Part shown: piece after piece, positions 32,159 to 47,406 of the stretch
Layout: each line of letters starts with the position of its first letter
How positions within the stretch are numbered: position 1 is the first letter of the stretch
Assembly (NCBI RefSeq): GCF_009914755.1
Contig: NC_060936.1
DNA length: 64,000 nucleotides
From: the human T2T-CHM13v2.0 reference genome, Homo sapiens
Direction: 5' to 3' (one strand)
Notes under the pieces: generated by a model
Databases searched by the model: none
Seen by the model: only the letters and a program-made list of their open reading frames with translations
Told to the model about the DNA's origin: nothing
Made by a program: the position numbers and the translations under genes

Positions 32159-34813
32159 TTACTTCATATTCAGATATACTGTAAAAGTGCTATTTTTAGT
32201 TTACAACTAAATTTGCTTAGTTATAGTATAATGGTTTGTTTTCTGGAGCATAATTTATGTGTTTTCAGAGGCTGAATGGTGTTTCTCTTTTGCATTTTAA
32301 TTATCATTACCTGGAAAATGTGATTATAAACAGGAAACAAAAATGCTTTATCATCTTATTTTTGTTACAAATTAATATTTATGCTAAAGAAATTCTCTTG
32401 AAATGTAACCTTCGTGTTTTTTATACTTTCAAACCTCTTACAAAACGTGAACCTGGAGAATATGAAACCATGCATTTCTTTTTTCTGCACCATATCAAAT
32501 ACTCAGAAATTTGAAACTGTATTATCTGAGCATTTGAGAGGCAAGACCAAATTGCAGATCTAGAGTCTAGATTAATAAATGGTAAAAAGATGCTTGATTA
32601 AAATTTTTATACTCATTCTTTAAAAAATAAAAGTAAGTGGGTATCAAAGACTAACGAAAAACAGAAATTACGGCTCTTCTCACTCCTTCAGCTTCATTTT
32701 AATTGTTTTAAATGAGAATCTTTGATGGCAACCTCTAATTATTTTGACATTTATGCCTTTTGACTGATAGGAGCACAGGGTAAAATAAAAAGCAATAATT
32801 GCTAGAACCAAGGAAATAATATTGTTAATGAAATTTTAAATTTTAGTCTTTACAACTTTTAATGCTTTTTCACGCATGTTCTCATTTTTAAGTCTCTTTT
32901 TTTTGGTCAGATGGGTTTAAGTATTCACTAATTTACAGACAAAGTGACATTGGTAAATGTCGTTTGAAGAAGTACTCATCTGAGAGGTAAATAGAAATTT
33001 GTCAACTTATCCTTTACATTTATGTTTCAGGTTTTACAATTGAATTACTACTCAGTTATGTCTTCCCTCACCTTTTATTTCTGGTCATCATTTCTAGTCA
33101 ATGCATCTTACCCTCTGTACCATATGGTCTAAACATTTACCTAGTTTTAATAATGTTTAGAGTTACTGATAAAAATGGGTTCTAAATGCAGGGACATGTA
33201 GGATGGAGAGAAAATTTTAAAACATGTTTAATTGAAATTATTACTGATATTAAGTATCACCATCTGTCATAACACATGGACAGCATATTGTCTACAAAAG
33301 CTACTTTTTCTAGTCTGTAAAATGAATAGTTTTTATAAAGTGTTTGCAAATTGATTAATATCAGATTCATCAATCTGTTGAGCCATAGGAAAAGATCTTC
33401 TCAATAGAACAAACTAGCAAAGTGCATGGACGATAGGATAGGATACAGTGGAAAAATAACTGTTTCGTTTACATGGGAAGGTGCACGTGTAAAGCCTACT
33501 GGCAGGGGGCTTAGAATTTCTAATGTTCCCATGGAGATCAACAGGGCCAGCTGCATGCTAACCATGTCATACAATCTAGAAAATAGCTCTCAAATACCAA
33601 CAACACTGCATCTGATATTTGCTAAGAGACCAGGTGTTGTTACAGGTGAATAAAATAATGTTCCACAGCATGATGCCTATGTTTTATTAGTGGCACCTGA
33701 GGAGAGCAGCAATGTTAGTAACTAATGGAAAGTCAATTTCTGTTTCATTTTCCTGATTTGTGTATGTGTGTTAAGGTGCAGAGCTATGCTAAAAAGCATA
33801 ACTAATAGCACAGTTATTGATTAGATCCATGTTTGCCCTTTCATAAAAAACAATTTTTTTTTGCATAAGAGCAGTTATAATTGTTGTACTAAAAGATGCT
33901 TCAAAATACATGTGAGTGGAATATACCTTCTATCTCTTAGCAGGTGTTCACCTACTCATTCTGAGTATTCACTCAGTTATGTCTTATTGGGCCAATGATG
34001 ATTAATGTTTTTTAAAACAATAAATGAACTTAATTATTAAATTTTCCATTAGTTCTTATTTATGGTGACATTTATACCCAGTGTTCAAATATTAATCTTT
34101 CATTTAGGTTGAATATGGTCCCAGTGTTGGGGAGAGCTATTTGAAACTGATTTGTGAAAACTTTACTACAATGATATAATGATCCCTACTTTTGCCCAAA
34201 ATGCAATATAAGACAAATTTTTTAACCTTAGATTCAACTCACTGGAATTCAGCCCTAAGAGTTCTAGAGTTCATAACTAAAGAATTGCTCAGCTTTAAAG
34301 TGTGCTTGCATGATCCTCAGTGAAGCGTTGTAATGAGATTCCAGTTAGAATATGACTTTGTTTCCTCCAAGCAGCTATTATTATTTAATCATCTTAAGAA
34401 ATAGAGGTCCTTATGTTAGTCTGCATTTGAGGTGTATAACTACATTTTACCTTTCTTCGCATTAAATTTTGTTCTGGAAATATGTCTGAAAATGTAGTGT
34501 TGATAATGTGTGGTGCCATTAGAAAAGTTTGTATTGCATGTAATTTTGTGAAATCATGTTTTCTTTAGAAGACTAATAATGTTATGTGAGAATGGATTCT
34601 AAAAATGGCACTAATGAGGACAAATTATTTTGTGTTGACTATTGAAGGACCCAAAGAAATAATGATTCAAAGATAATTTTATAAAAGCCAAAGTAACTTG
34701 TAGCTAATATATAAAATACTTTTGACCAGGAACTTTTAAAGTGGATGCTATGAAGATAGAGAGTGTTTTTACACATTGTTTATTGATTTTAATTTCACTT
34801 TTTCTCTCCTTAG

Positions 34814-34894
34814 GGTGTGATTAGGCCCACTGGGGGATACGCTGTCATGCTACACTGGTCAATGTCTTCCATATACGGACTTCAACCCGGAGAG
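34814..34894 (+). CDS. ACSS3: ACSS3 internal coding exon (probably exon 6), 81 nt, phase 0-0
   Basis: Long polypyrimidine tract then ttag|GGT, donor GAG|gtaatc. Translates GVIRPTGGYAVMLHWSMSSIYGLQPGE, completing the PK|G motif. Confidence 0.96.
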
Positions 34895-34970
34895 GTAATC
34901 GTGGTTTTAAATTTACATTACATGACATTCTCTGAATAAAATATATTCATTTTATTATCTTATTTTTTAG

Positions 34971-35066
34971 GTGTGGTGGGCAGCTTCTGACTTAGGCTGG
35001 GTTGTTGGACATTCCTATATCTGCTATGGACCTCTTCTTCATGGGAACACAACAGTTTTATATGAG
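34971..35066 (+). CDS. ACSS3: ACSS3 internal coding exon (probably exon 7), 96 nt, phase 0-0
   Basis: Acceptor tttttag|GTG, donor GAG|gtaata. Translates [32 protein letters not shown], the ACS/PrpE 'D.GW..GHSY..YGPL' block. Confidence 0.97.
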
Positions 35067-36042
35067 GTAATAAAGTAAAGTTAATACCACATATAAATGA
35101 TATTTATTTTATTAAAACTTTTCATGAAGCAGTCCTGAGTAGGATCAGAAAAATTGGGGTGGGGACAGGGGACATTATTATATCTTCTTCCAGTTAAAAA
35201 TATAATTTTGAAAGGGAAAAGGATATGTAGGAAATATTAGCCTGTTATTTAAATTTTGTTGAACAGTCAGAATTAAATTCTGAAGAACATACAAAAACAA
35301 GCTTTATATCTATCCCTAACAGATTTCTAGAAATTATTGGCAAACTGATACTGATTTTAGAGTCCTAGAAAATAGTTATCATAAAGCAAGCAATGTAGAT
35401 TCACCTTTTTTATTTTCATAGGATTAATGGATTTCCAAAGTCATGTTGTCTCAATTTTAAATAAATACTTTCCTTGGTTTCTAATAAAGCTCTGTGTATA
35501 AGACATAGGAATATAGACTGACCAGATTTATACCTGAATAAATAACTGTTTAAAAATTCGATGAATATATCAGTGTCACCTAGGAATAAGATTTCTTTGC
35601 ATATAGGAAATTTACTTCATATGCCTATTCCATTTAACTTTATCAATGTCTTGTATAAAGACTTAGAAAACATACCTATCAGATCTGTAGAAGATCAAAG
35701 TCTTGGAGGGATAACTAATATGGTAGTTTGCTAAATTATCATTCAAAATGGCCTTGGACTTTTGGGACAAATTTAACAAGATGGAAAAATACATAAATAT
35801 TTACAGTTCTATATTTAAATTAAAAAATACAGAAATGAAATAGGGAAAACTTGGGTTAGTTGTAGTTTATGTAGCCAAATCTCTGGGTATTATAACATCC
35901 ATAACTTAAACATAAGCTGTTGGTAGGACTGTTTTTAAAAAATACTTACCATGTGCAATGATGTAATCTTACTTTACTCTTCCACATTTGAAAATTTGTA
36001 TTCAGTTTAATTGAGATGATAAAAAAAATCACTAAATTACTA

Positions 36043-36450
<408 letters not shown>

Positions 36451-36893
36451 TTATAAGTATATTTTGATGTTTAAAAAGTTGCTACATATAAATTATGTAG
36501 TCTTGAATGCGGAGTTACAGAGGGTTATATTTTGGGAATAATCAGAGACAAACTTAAATGCTTGGCAGTAGAACAAATGGACAACTTCTCAAATATAAGG
36601 CTCTCTCTCACATAAGTGTTCTGTCAATACCAGACAAGGATTGTGAAGTAAAGGGAATTTTATATGTGGGGTGTGGAGAATAGTATTAAGTGATTTCAAG
36701 TTAATTTGCACTCTTAAATTTCTGCAAGTCAATGAATTTGAAAACATGAGAGGCCATTCTCAATCTTTCTGGAATACTCCAGGCCTCATCATCACTTAAA
36801 GGCTATTTGTGTTCTTTCATTTTTAGCTGGCTGATTTTCTGTCTCTGAATGCTAAGAAATATTAAGGTAGACTTTGACACAAGTATTAAACCA

Positions 36894-37028
36894 TCATATA
36901 CTACTCTACACTTTTGTATCATGCTTTTATATCTTGCGGACTTGATATGCATTTGGGAATTCATATACTACTCTGCAGCTTTTGTATAGTGCTTTTATAT
37001 CTTGCATACTGAATGTGCATTTAGGTAT
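36894..37028. repeat. Diverged tandem duplication of about 67 bp
   Basis: TCATATACTACTCT...CTTTTGTAT..TGCTTTTATATCTTGC...TGCATTT twice. Confidence 0.9.
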
Positions 37029-38794
37029 TTGTAATAATTAAAACAAAATAATCTTGAGAAAACATTTTGTACCATTGTCTTTGCAATATAATGTTTTTAA
37101 TTTAAAAAATTATTTCTCTTGAAGTAAACAAAATAAACCTCTACACTGAATAGTTATTTTGAATTGTGGCATTGCTTACATAAATATGACAAAGCCAAAG
37201 ATGCTAACATATTTTTGGTTATAAGCATTAAGCTGCTTTAGAATTGAGATACATACATATTTTGCGCTATTTACCATGGGCTTTTATTGTTTCTCAAGTT
37301 TATTTGAAACATGATATTAACACTGTGATGGAGGGTTGTTTGTTTCTATGTTGGAATGATTTGCTCAAGAAGAGTGTAGATGCTCTATAAATATTTGTTG
37401 TGTGAATAATTGACTGAAGTAAGCTACTATTTAAAACCTTTTCTCTGCCCTCTGGCTTGTTTTCTACAACTTATAAATGTCTTTAACTTTCTCTGGTCAC
37501 AAAACCAAGTCTTTTAGACCTTTGCCTGCTTCAACTATGCCATCTTTATTTTCTTCTCCACTAAATTCCTTGAAAAAATATCCTGCCCAGATTCCTGAAC
37601 CTCATATTGTTTCAGTTATTCCTCATCTCACCGTAGTCTGATTTATGTTCACATCATTTCATAGAAGCTGCTGCAGCAGGGGTCACCAGTGACTTCATAA
37701 GTGACAAAGTCAAAGGGCCTTGTTTAATCTGATTTTATTTTTTCTCTTACTAGAGTTCAGCCCTGCAGACCATTCCTTTAGGTGATCCTTTCCTCTCTCT
37801 TGAGCTCCAGGCTCTTTGGCTAATGTTCATGTTGTTTCTTTTTTCTGGTGTGACTTTCCTCCTGTCTTTCCTTTCTTGGTTAACTCCTACTCTCCTTGTA
37901 GACTCTGCTTAGATGTTATAATTTCTTGAAAGTTTTCTCTCACGTTCTTGGGCTGTGTGCAGTGCCCCTTTTTGTGGTCCCGTTGCTTTCGAGCATATGT
38001 CTGTCACTGAGCTGGCCACACTATACTGAAATGATACATTTATGTCTAGAAGAGGGTATCATCTAGAAGAGGATAAAAGCCAGTTTCACAGCACAGTGCA
38101 TAGCACACACTACACAATTAATAAATACTTGTGGAACTAAATTATACTCTACTCCTCGTTTTCTTTTTTCCATCCTGACAGCTTGTTCTTCTTTTCTTCT
38201 CTTTGTTTCTTTCACTTTGGTCCTTAACATTAGAGTTTAGCAGGATCATAGTCTTTGCTCTATTTTCTTATTCTGCTTACGTTTCCTGGATAATCTCCAA
38301 GCAGTTTATATTTGAGGATCATTAATTAAATCATGGCTTCTAAATCCCCTTTTTATATCTGCCTTTCCTGCTGAGTACTAACCTATTGTTAGACATCTCT
38401 GAATAGTCTGTGCACATCTTATGCCCAAGATGACATGAACTGAGTTCTGTATCTCCACCCCACCCTGCAAACCATATTTCCTTCAGTGCACTCTGTGTTT
38501 CTGTTAATGTTACCTCCATTCATGCAGTAATGCAAACTGAGAATCTGCAAGTGATTCTTAAGTTCATTTTCCTTGCATCTCACACTCTGCTGGTCATTAC
38601 AGTTTGTTGAATCTACTTATTCAGTACTTATCAAAAGTGTCCTCTTTTTTCCATGCCTCTTGACATGTATTCAGGGCTGATATTCAGCTCATGCACAAAT
38701 ATGTCATGTTGACTTATGTCCATTCTATGTTTTGGCTTCTGATATGATGTGTGCCTATACATTCCAGTTACATATTTCAGGTTATCATTAGATA

Positions 38795-41230
<2,436 letters not shown>

Positions 41231-41359
41231 CCACATTTTCAAACAAATTCATAAAACTACCTCATTAAAACAAACAACAACAAAAATCTCTAATCCCTTA
41301 TCTCCTGACAGCTACAACATTCTCTCTTTAAGGCCTTGTCTACACTCAACAGCTTCAAC

Positions 41360-41433
41360 AGCAATTGGAGAAGATTGCAGAGTAAGTTCCTGATTAAGAA
41401 ATGGAATTTACTCTGCAATCTTCTCCAATTGCT
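41360..41433 (+). ncRNA. MIR4699: Intronic pre-miRNA hairpin MIR4699 (5p about 41369-41390, 3p about 41405-41426)
   Basis: 33-bp inverted arms (41358-41390 and 41403-41435) around a 12-nt loop; the single mismatch is a G:U pair on the + strand. AGAAGATTGCAGAGTAAGTTCC and AATTTACTCTGCAATCTTCTCC match miR-4699-5p/3p as I recall them. Name not database-checked. Confidence 0.85.
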
Positions 41434-41439
41434 GTCACC

Positions 41440-41995
41440 ATCATTCCATAGCTACAGCTTTTCCTAACATCCCCAGTCATCTCTACTTGCCAAAGTCAAT
41501 GGGCATTTTCAGTCTTCACTGTGCTTGACTTCTCAGCATTTGAAAGTGTTGGCCATTTGCTCGATCCTAATCATTCTCTTTCCTTCCAAGGTACAACGTG
41601 CTCCTGTCTAATGTACCACATGCTCCTGTTTCCCTGCAGTTATTCTTATGCTCATTCCTGTCCCAGGAACATTGCCTGAAATATATGCTACTTGTCTGTT
41701 AGATTTCAGCTGGTGTCACTTCCTCAGGGAAGCCCTCCTTGACCTCCCTGATTAGGTCAAATCCCTTTATCATGGTCTTTTAGCACATTGCATTTTCCCT
41801 TGGTGGTTTGTATAAAACTTGCAGATTCATATTAGTCTTTAGGCTCCTTTGATGTGTTCGTTTGCCCTTCTTTCCTCTAACTCTACTAAGGAAGGAGTCA
41901 TCTGAGTTTGTGTCCACCGTCAATTCTCAGCTCCTTGCCTTAATGACACATATTCAGTATTTAATACATATTTGTTAAATAAATGCCTGAATGAC
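41440..41995 (+). mobile_element. L2 relics
   Basis: 'ttgccaaagtcaatgggcattttcagtc...cttgacttctcagcatttga', 'tgtcacttcctcagggaagccctccttgacc' and an 'aaataaatg..tgaatga' end. Confidence 0.65.
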
Positions 41996-42100
41996 AATAT
42001 CAGAAGAAAACTTGATTTATACGTAAAGATTTTTTCTATCAATGAGTAAGAGTAATTTAAATTTTCTTTTTTTTACAACAGGACTGCATGAGCAACTTAT

Positions 42101-42432
42101 ATAAGTCAGGTTATATGTTTTATAGACAGAGATTTACTTTTATCAGTGGAATTGGACATATTTAAATACAGAACACCTGTATTTAAGTAGTTTATTTTCT
42201 GAGAGGGAAATTTATAGCACTAAATAGATAGATTAGAAAAGAGGAAAACACTCAAATCAAGAATATAAGCTCCTATCTCAAGAACCTAGGAAAAGAGGAA
42301 CAAAATATGCCCAAAACCAGGAAAGAATAATAAAGTTACCAAATAATAAAGGAATAAGTCAGGATATATGTTTTATAGACAGAGATTTACTTTTATCAAT
42401 GGAATTGGACATATTTAAATACAAAACACCTG
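42101..42432. repeat. 79-bp direct repeats (42101-42179, 42354-42432) flanking a 139-bp copy of 39286-39424
   Basis: Manual alignment: 76/79 identity between the direct repeats and 131/139 between copy and source. Confidence 0.95.
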
Positions 42433-44581
42433 GCCAGCTCAGTCAGTGCAGTATGAGATGTTTAAAGTATGCAATTCTTGAAGGAAAATTGGATTGACCA
42501 GTTAAAATATGGAAACCAATTCTGAATAATTTAGTCTTTACTTTTGAGAGGAAAAAATTGAATGGTACTTCTTTAGAAATCTACTTCATTAATAGAGCAG
42601 TGATTCCAATAGATCTAACCCTAACCGTGTATGAACAAGAACAGATATTTGGTAGGATGGTTTTGCCAAAGAGAAGGGATAAAACACAAGCAATCTTTTC
42701 ACATAGGAATGCAATGTACAAACAAATTTAGCTAACAGCCTAGTGTGTATGCGCATTCACATGTGTGTGATGGCAAATGGTGATTATACAGAGATATGCT
42801 CCCTTGCCTCTCTCTTCTTTCTAGTATTTCTTCCCTTTACCAGACTGTCATCTGCAGAATCAAAATCCAACACATTTCTCTAAGGCAAATAAATCTTTCC
42901 GTGTCCTGCCTTTCTCCTTATCTTTGCTGTCTACCAATGTGCAAAAGTGTGTGTTGTACACATATTTCAATTTCATGATACAGTAAGCCCAGGCTTCCAC
43001 AATGACAGTGGTGTGGTTAAGCAAGAAATGAGATTACTGTTCCTTGGCTAGAGTATTACGTAGGTCTAAAATGGAATGTTAGTAGTTACTGTTTCTCCTT
43101 AAATCCGGCTTTAGAGTAAGCCATAAACTGGTTGGTATAATTGGTCTTGATATAGCAGTTGTCATTTTTATGTAATAACAGTCTTCTTTTCCAGTCAAGG
43201 GATATAAGTTTGCTCTCATTTTACATTTGTTTGTATTTCACATATGGTATACATCACAGCAACAAGCCTTTTCAATAAATTCTTCAGTATGTTTACTAGA
43301 TTAGCAAGGGCAGATGGCTATTTGTTAATAATTCAACAATTAACTTTGAAGGTATATGCCATACTCTGCCTTCTCAGGCAATAAATTGAATTAGAGAAAG
43401 GTGAGGATTTAAAATTCTGAATGATGGTACAGGAGTATGGTCTCTGGACTAGAAATACTAACATATGTGTGGTTATCTTGCTCTGCCTTTATGTACCTAT
43501 ATGACTTAAGCAAATTAATTAAACCTCTTTGGTAGTTCATTTTTTAATCATTAAAATGAGAGGGTTGACACACACTGTCTCAATTTTCACTTTTGTGAAT
43601 CTTCTTCACTTTAATTGGTTTTCTTGAATAAATATATTATTTGGTAACTTATTTTATTTTTTAACTCTGGAATTTATTCCAATTTCTTTTCATAGTTAGG
43701 GAATGCTGATTCTTCAAATATATTTACTGAAGAAAACTTTCACTTTAAATTAGTGAACACTTTTAGTGTTTGAGAGGAAGCATACTAGTTAAGGCTGCCA
43801 TGGTATGATTTCTGACACTTCTGTTTATTAATTGTGTGGCCTCAAGCTGCTTTACTGCTTTCTGCCTTAGTCTTCTGAACTATAATTATCAGTAGTAATA
43901 ATACCTATGGCATTCAATTGGTTAATCTGTGAATAAATATTTAGAATAATTCCCACGATATAATAGTGTAATCAGTTCTGGATATTATAAGCTATAGTTA
44001 TTATTCAAAAACACAAATGTATTATTTCCCAGAATAGAATTCTAATATATAAACACTAAACATAAATTCTCCTGTAATCCAGTCACTTAAATGCTTGAAT
44101 ATTACTCACATTTCTTCTTTCAAAGTCTGTTTGTCCTCATAACATTGAAGAATTCAAATCAGAGCACTAGAGGCAGCTCCCTTTGGAGCCCATTAATTCT
44201 CCTCTCAGCACCAAGAAAAAAGAAATCAGCATACAAGGATGTGTTGATTCAGCTACTACGAATTTTGAAGAATGAGCAGAAGATATAGGAGAAAACTCGG
44301 TGGTCTCTCCCCTTGTAGATCTATCCTTTAAGTGTAGGACTTGTGAGTTAAATAAAAGTGAACTCGAAGGCTTTAATCAGTGAATAACACAGAGAATTCC
44401 CTGGCTCACCATTACCAAGCATTTTAATGTTTCACTTCTATTTTTTTGATGGGCATTATCATTGCTAGTTTTTCAACTTTGCATAAAAGTTTGAAAACTT
44501 CATAGTATTCAGCTTGATAATCTCTTACTGAATGCTTTTTCTTAAATTCATAGACAGAATGGAGAGTTTAGATAACCCTAA

Positions 44582-46090
44582 TGTCACAGGACCCTTGGGA
44601 TGTTGCTTTTCCAGCCAGAAGCCTCTGCAGCTGGTGATGCTTTGTCTTGAGTTTTACTTGAGCCTGCTGGGCTCTCTCTGCCCACTTGTCCTGGCAGGCT
44701 GTGCTCAGCTTGTCCTACTGGCCTGGATCCCATGCCTGCCAAGGGCAAGCCAGGACCAAAATGGCAAGGGGTGTGTGAGCATGCAAGCGTGGGGTCCAGC
44801 CACTGCACACAGTCAGGCACACTGGTTGTTAATGCTGGTTGGGCAGCTCCAGGAGCCACTACGGACCTGTGTCTGGACGAGGGAAACATGGTGGCACATG
44901 GAAGCTTGGAGATGCCAGGAACTGCAGAGCCCCAAAAAGTTTGTCACAGCCCTGGCTTGGGGAGCCCCCAGGTCTGGGCTGCTCAAAGGGCCACAGCCCT
45001 TCTCTCCTTCTTGTCACCCATAACATGACAAGCAGGGACGGAGGCCGTGTTTCAGCCCTGTTTGTGCTATAGCTCTTTCAGTTCAGCCATTTGGTGAATC
45101 CTGAGTTCTTGTCCCATGTCAAGGATGCATGAGTATGCAGACAACTGGAGGGTGAGCAAGGCAAAGAGGTGCTTTAATTGAGCAACAGTACGGTCTCTGA
45201 AGACATGAAGTGGGTAGGTCCTGTCCACAGGCAAGAGGAGACCTGGAGAGGGTAGCTCCTATCTGGAGGCAGGTCATCCCAATATCTGTGCAGCTTGCAG
45301 CTGAGAGGACACCCAGAGTGGGTAGTTCCTATTGGCAGGCAAGTCATCCCATTGAGTCTGCAGCCCTCTGGAATGGATAACTCCTATCTGCAGGCAAGCT
45401 GTCCCTCAACTCTGTGAGTCTGGCTGAGTCTGGGGTTTTTATGGTCTTCAGAAGGGAGAAAGTGCATGCTGATTGGCCTATTAGCAGCCATGGATGGCCT
45501 GGAAAAAGCACCATAAGTTCTCACTCTGGGCCTGGGACCCCACCCAGAACTGACAGCCCTGCTCTCAGGTTTCAGGCTGTCCCTGCCTTGAAGGGGAGGC
45601 TTCACTGGGGACCCACCCCTTTCCACCCAGAAGCCTGTCTACCTCCTGCTGTCATTAACATGTTGTCCATGGCACCCTGGCTGTCCATGCTGAGGGGCAC
45701 CTGCAGGCATGTGCTGAACCATCCTCAGCCCCCTTTGATCCCCCTCCTGTGCTCGTTGACACCCAGAGTTCAGAGGGGGCCAAGGAGGTAGGGGGCTGGC
45801 ATGTTTGCAGTGCCCTGAGTGTGCACACACTCGGCTGTGTTGTGACATCACCTGGACAGGGCCACAACTTTGCTATGAAATCAGAGCAGGCACCAGGAGC
45901 AGGGAGAGGCCATGCAGCAGGAGCAGGCACTTCCAAGCCTGTGTGGGGACAGGGGCTTCCTGGGCCTCCGAGAACACAGGGATGGCTGGGTGGCTGCAGC
46001 TGCGGCCCAGAGGACTGGGATCCTATCCCACCAGCTTGGAAAGTTGTCTCCACAGTAACCATTCCAGATGGGCCACTGCTGCTGCCACTA
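44582..46090 (-). mobile_element. MER52-family ERV1 solo LTR (GC-rich, about 1.5 kb)
   Basis: Reverse complement starts TAGTGGCAGCAGCAGTGGCCCATCTGGA; the other end reads TGTCACAGGACCCTTGGGATGTTGCTTTTCCAGCCAGAAGCCTCTG. Possible 4-bp TSD CTAA. Sharp GC shift against the flanks. Confidence 0.82.
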
Positions 46091-46218
46091 ACCTTTCTTT
46101 ATAGAATGATCGGTATAGAAATGAACTCTGTAGTCTTTATATTTGTTTAGGAATCAAATGGGATAGTGTAGTTGAAAGTAGTTCAAACGTTTCAAAAATA
46201 TTATTTTTTTATAAAGTC

Positions 46219-47406
46219 CAATCATGTGTTACATAAAAATGTTTTGGTCAGTGATAGATCACATATACATTGTGGTCCCATAAGATTATAATGGAGCTGG
46301 AAATTTCCTATCATCATAATGTTGTCACACATTGCATTTCTCACGTTTGTGATGCTGGTATAAACAAACCTACTGTGCTGCCAATGGGGTAAAAGTATAA
46401 CACATGCAATTATGTGCAGCACATTAATACTTGATAATGATAACAAACGACTGTGGCTGGTTTGTATATTTACTATACTATACCTTTTATCTTTATTTTA
46501 GAGCGTACTCCTACATATTAAAAAAGGTTAACTCTAAAACAGTCTCAGACAGATCCTTCAGGTGGTATTCCAGAAGAAGTCATTATTGTCATAGGAGATG
46601 ACAGCTCTATGCTTGCCCTAGTAGAGCTTCCAGTGAGACAAATTGTGGAGATGGAAGACAGTGATACCGACAATCCTGATCCTGTGTAGGCCTAGGCTAA
46701 TGTGTATGTTTGTGTCTTAGTTTTTAAACAAAAAAGTTTAAAGTTTTTTAAAAATTGAAATTTTTAAAATGGAAAAAACTTATAGAATGAACATGTAAAC
46801 AAAGAAAATAATTTTGTTCAGTTGTACAATGTGTTTGTCTTTTAAGCTGTCTTATTACAAGTCAAAAATTTAAAAAACTAAAACATTTATAAAGTAAAAT
46901 AGTTACAGTAAGCCAAGTTTAATTTATTATTGGAGAAATAAAACTACTTCTTTAGAAATTTAGTGTAGCTTAAGTGTGCAGTGTTTATACAATATGTAGT
47001 ATTGTACAATAATGTCCTACACCTTCATATTCATTCACCACTCACTCACTGACTCACACAAAGCAACTCCTAGTTCTATAAGCTCCATTTCTAGTAAGTG
47101 CCCTATGTAGGTGTAGCATTTTTTATCTTTTATACCATATTTTTACTGTTATTTTTCTATGCTTAAACATGTTTAGGTACACAGTCACTTACCATTGTGA
47201 TACAATTGTCTACAGTATTCAGTACAGTAACATGCTGTACAGATATGTAGCCTTGGAGTAAGAGGCAATACCATATAGCCTCAGTGTGTGGTAGGCTTCA
47301 CCATCTAGGTTTGTATAAATACACTCTGTGAGGTTTTCACAATGCTAAAATCACCTAAAGATACATATGTCAGAAAGTATTCTCATCATCAAGCAACATG
47401 TGATTG
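46219..47406 (-). mobile_element. Tigger3b (Golem/MER7 family) TcMar DNA transposon, about 1.19 kb
   Basis: Degenerate TIRs CAATCATGTG...CATGTGATTG followed by TA; internal GGTCCCATAAGATTATAATGGAGCTG. Confidence 0.88.

Noticed and set aside
42061-42110. Acceptor-like tract (ttttcttttttttacaacag|G) just upstream of the templated insertion
   Set aside because: Only a weak donor follows, and the flanking coding exons already join in frame without it.
44532-46150. Cluster of overlapping 70-163 aa ORFs on both strands
   Set aside because: All lie in the GC-rich MER52 LTR, where stop codons are rare; no recognisable protein motifs.
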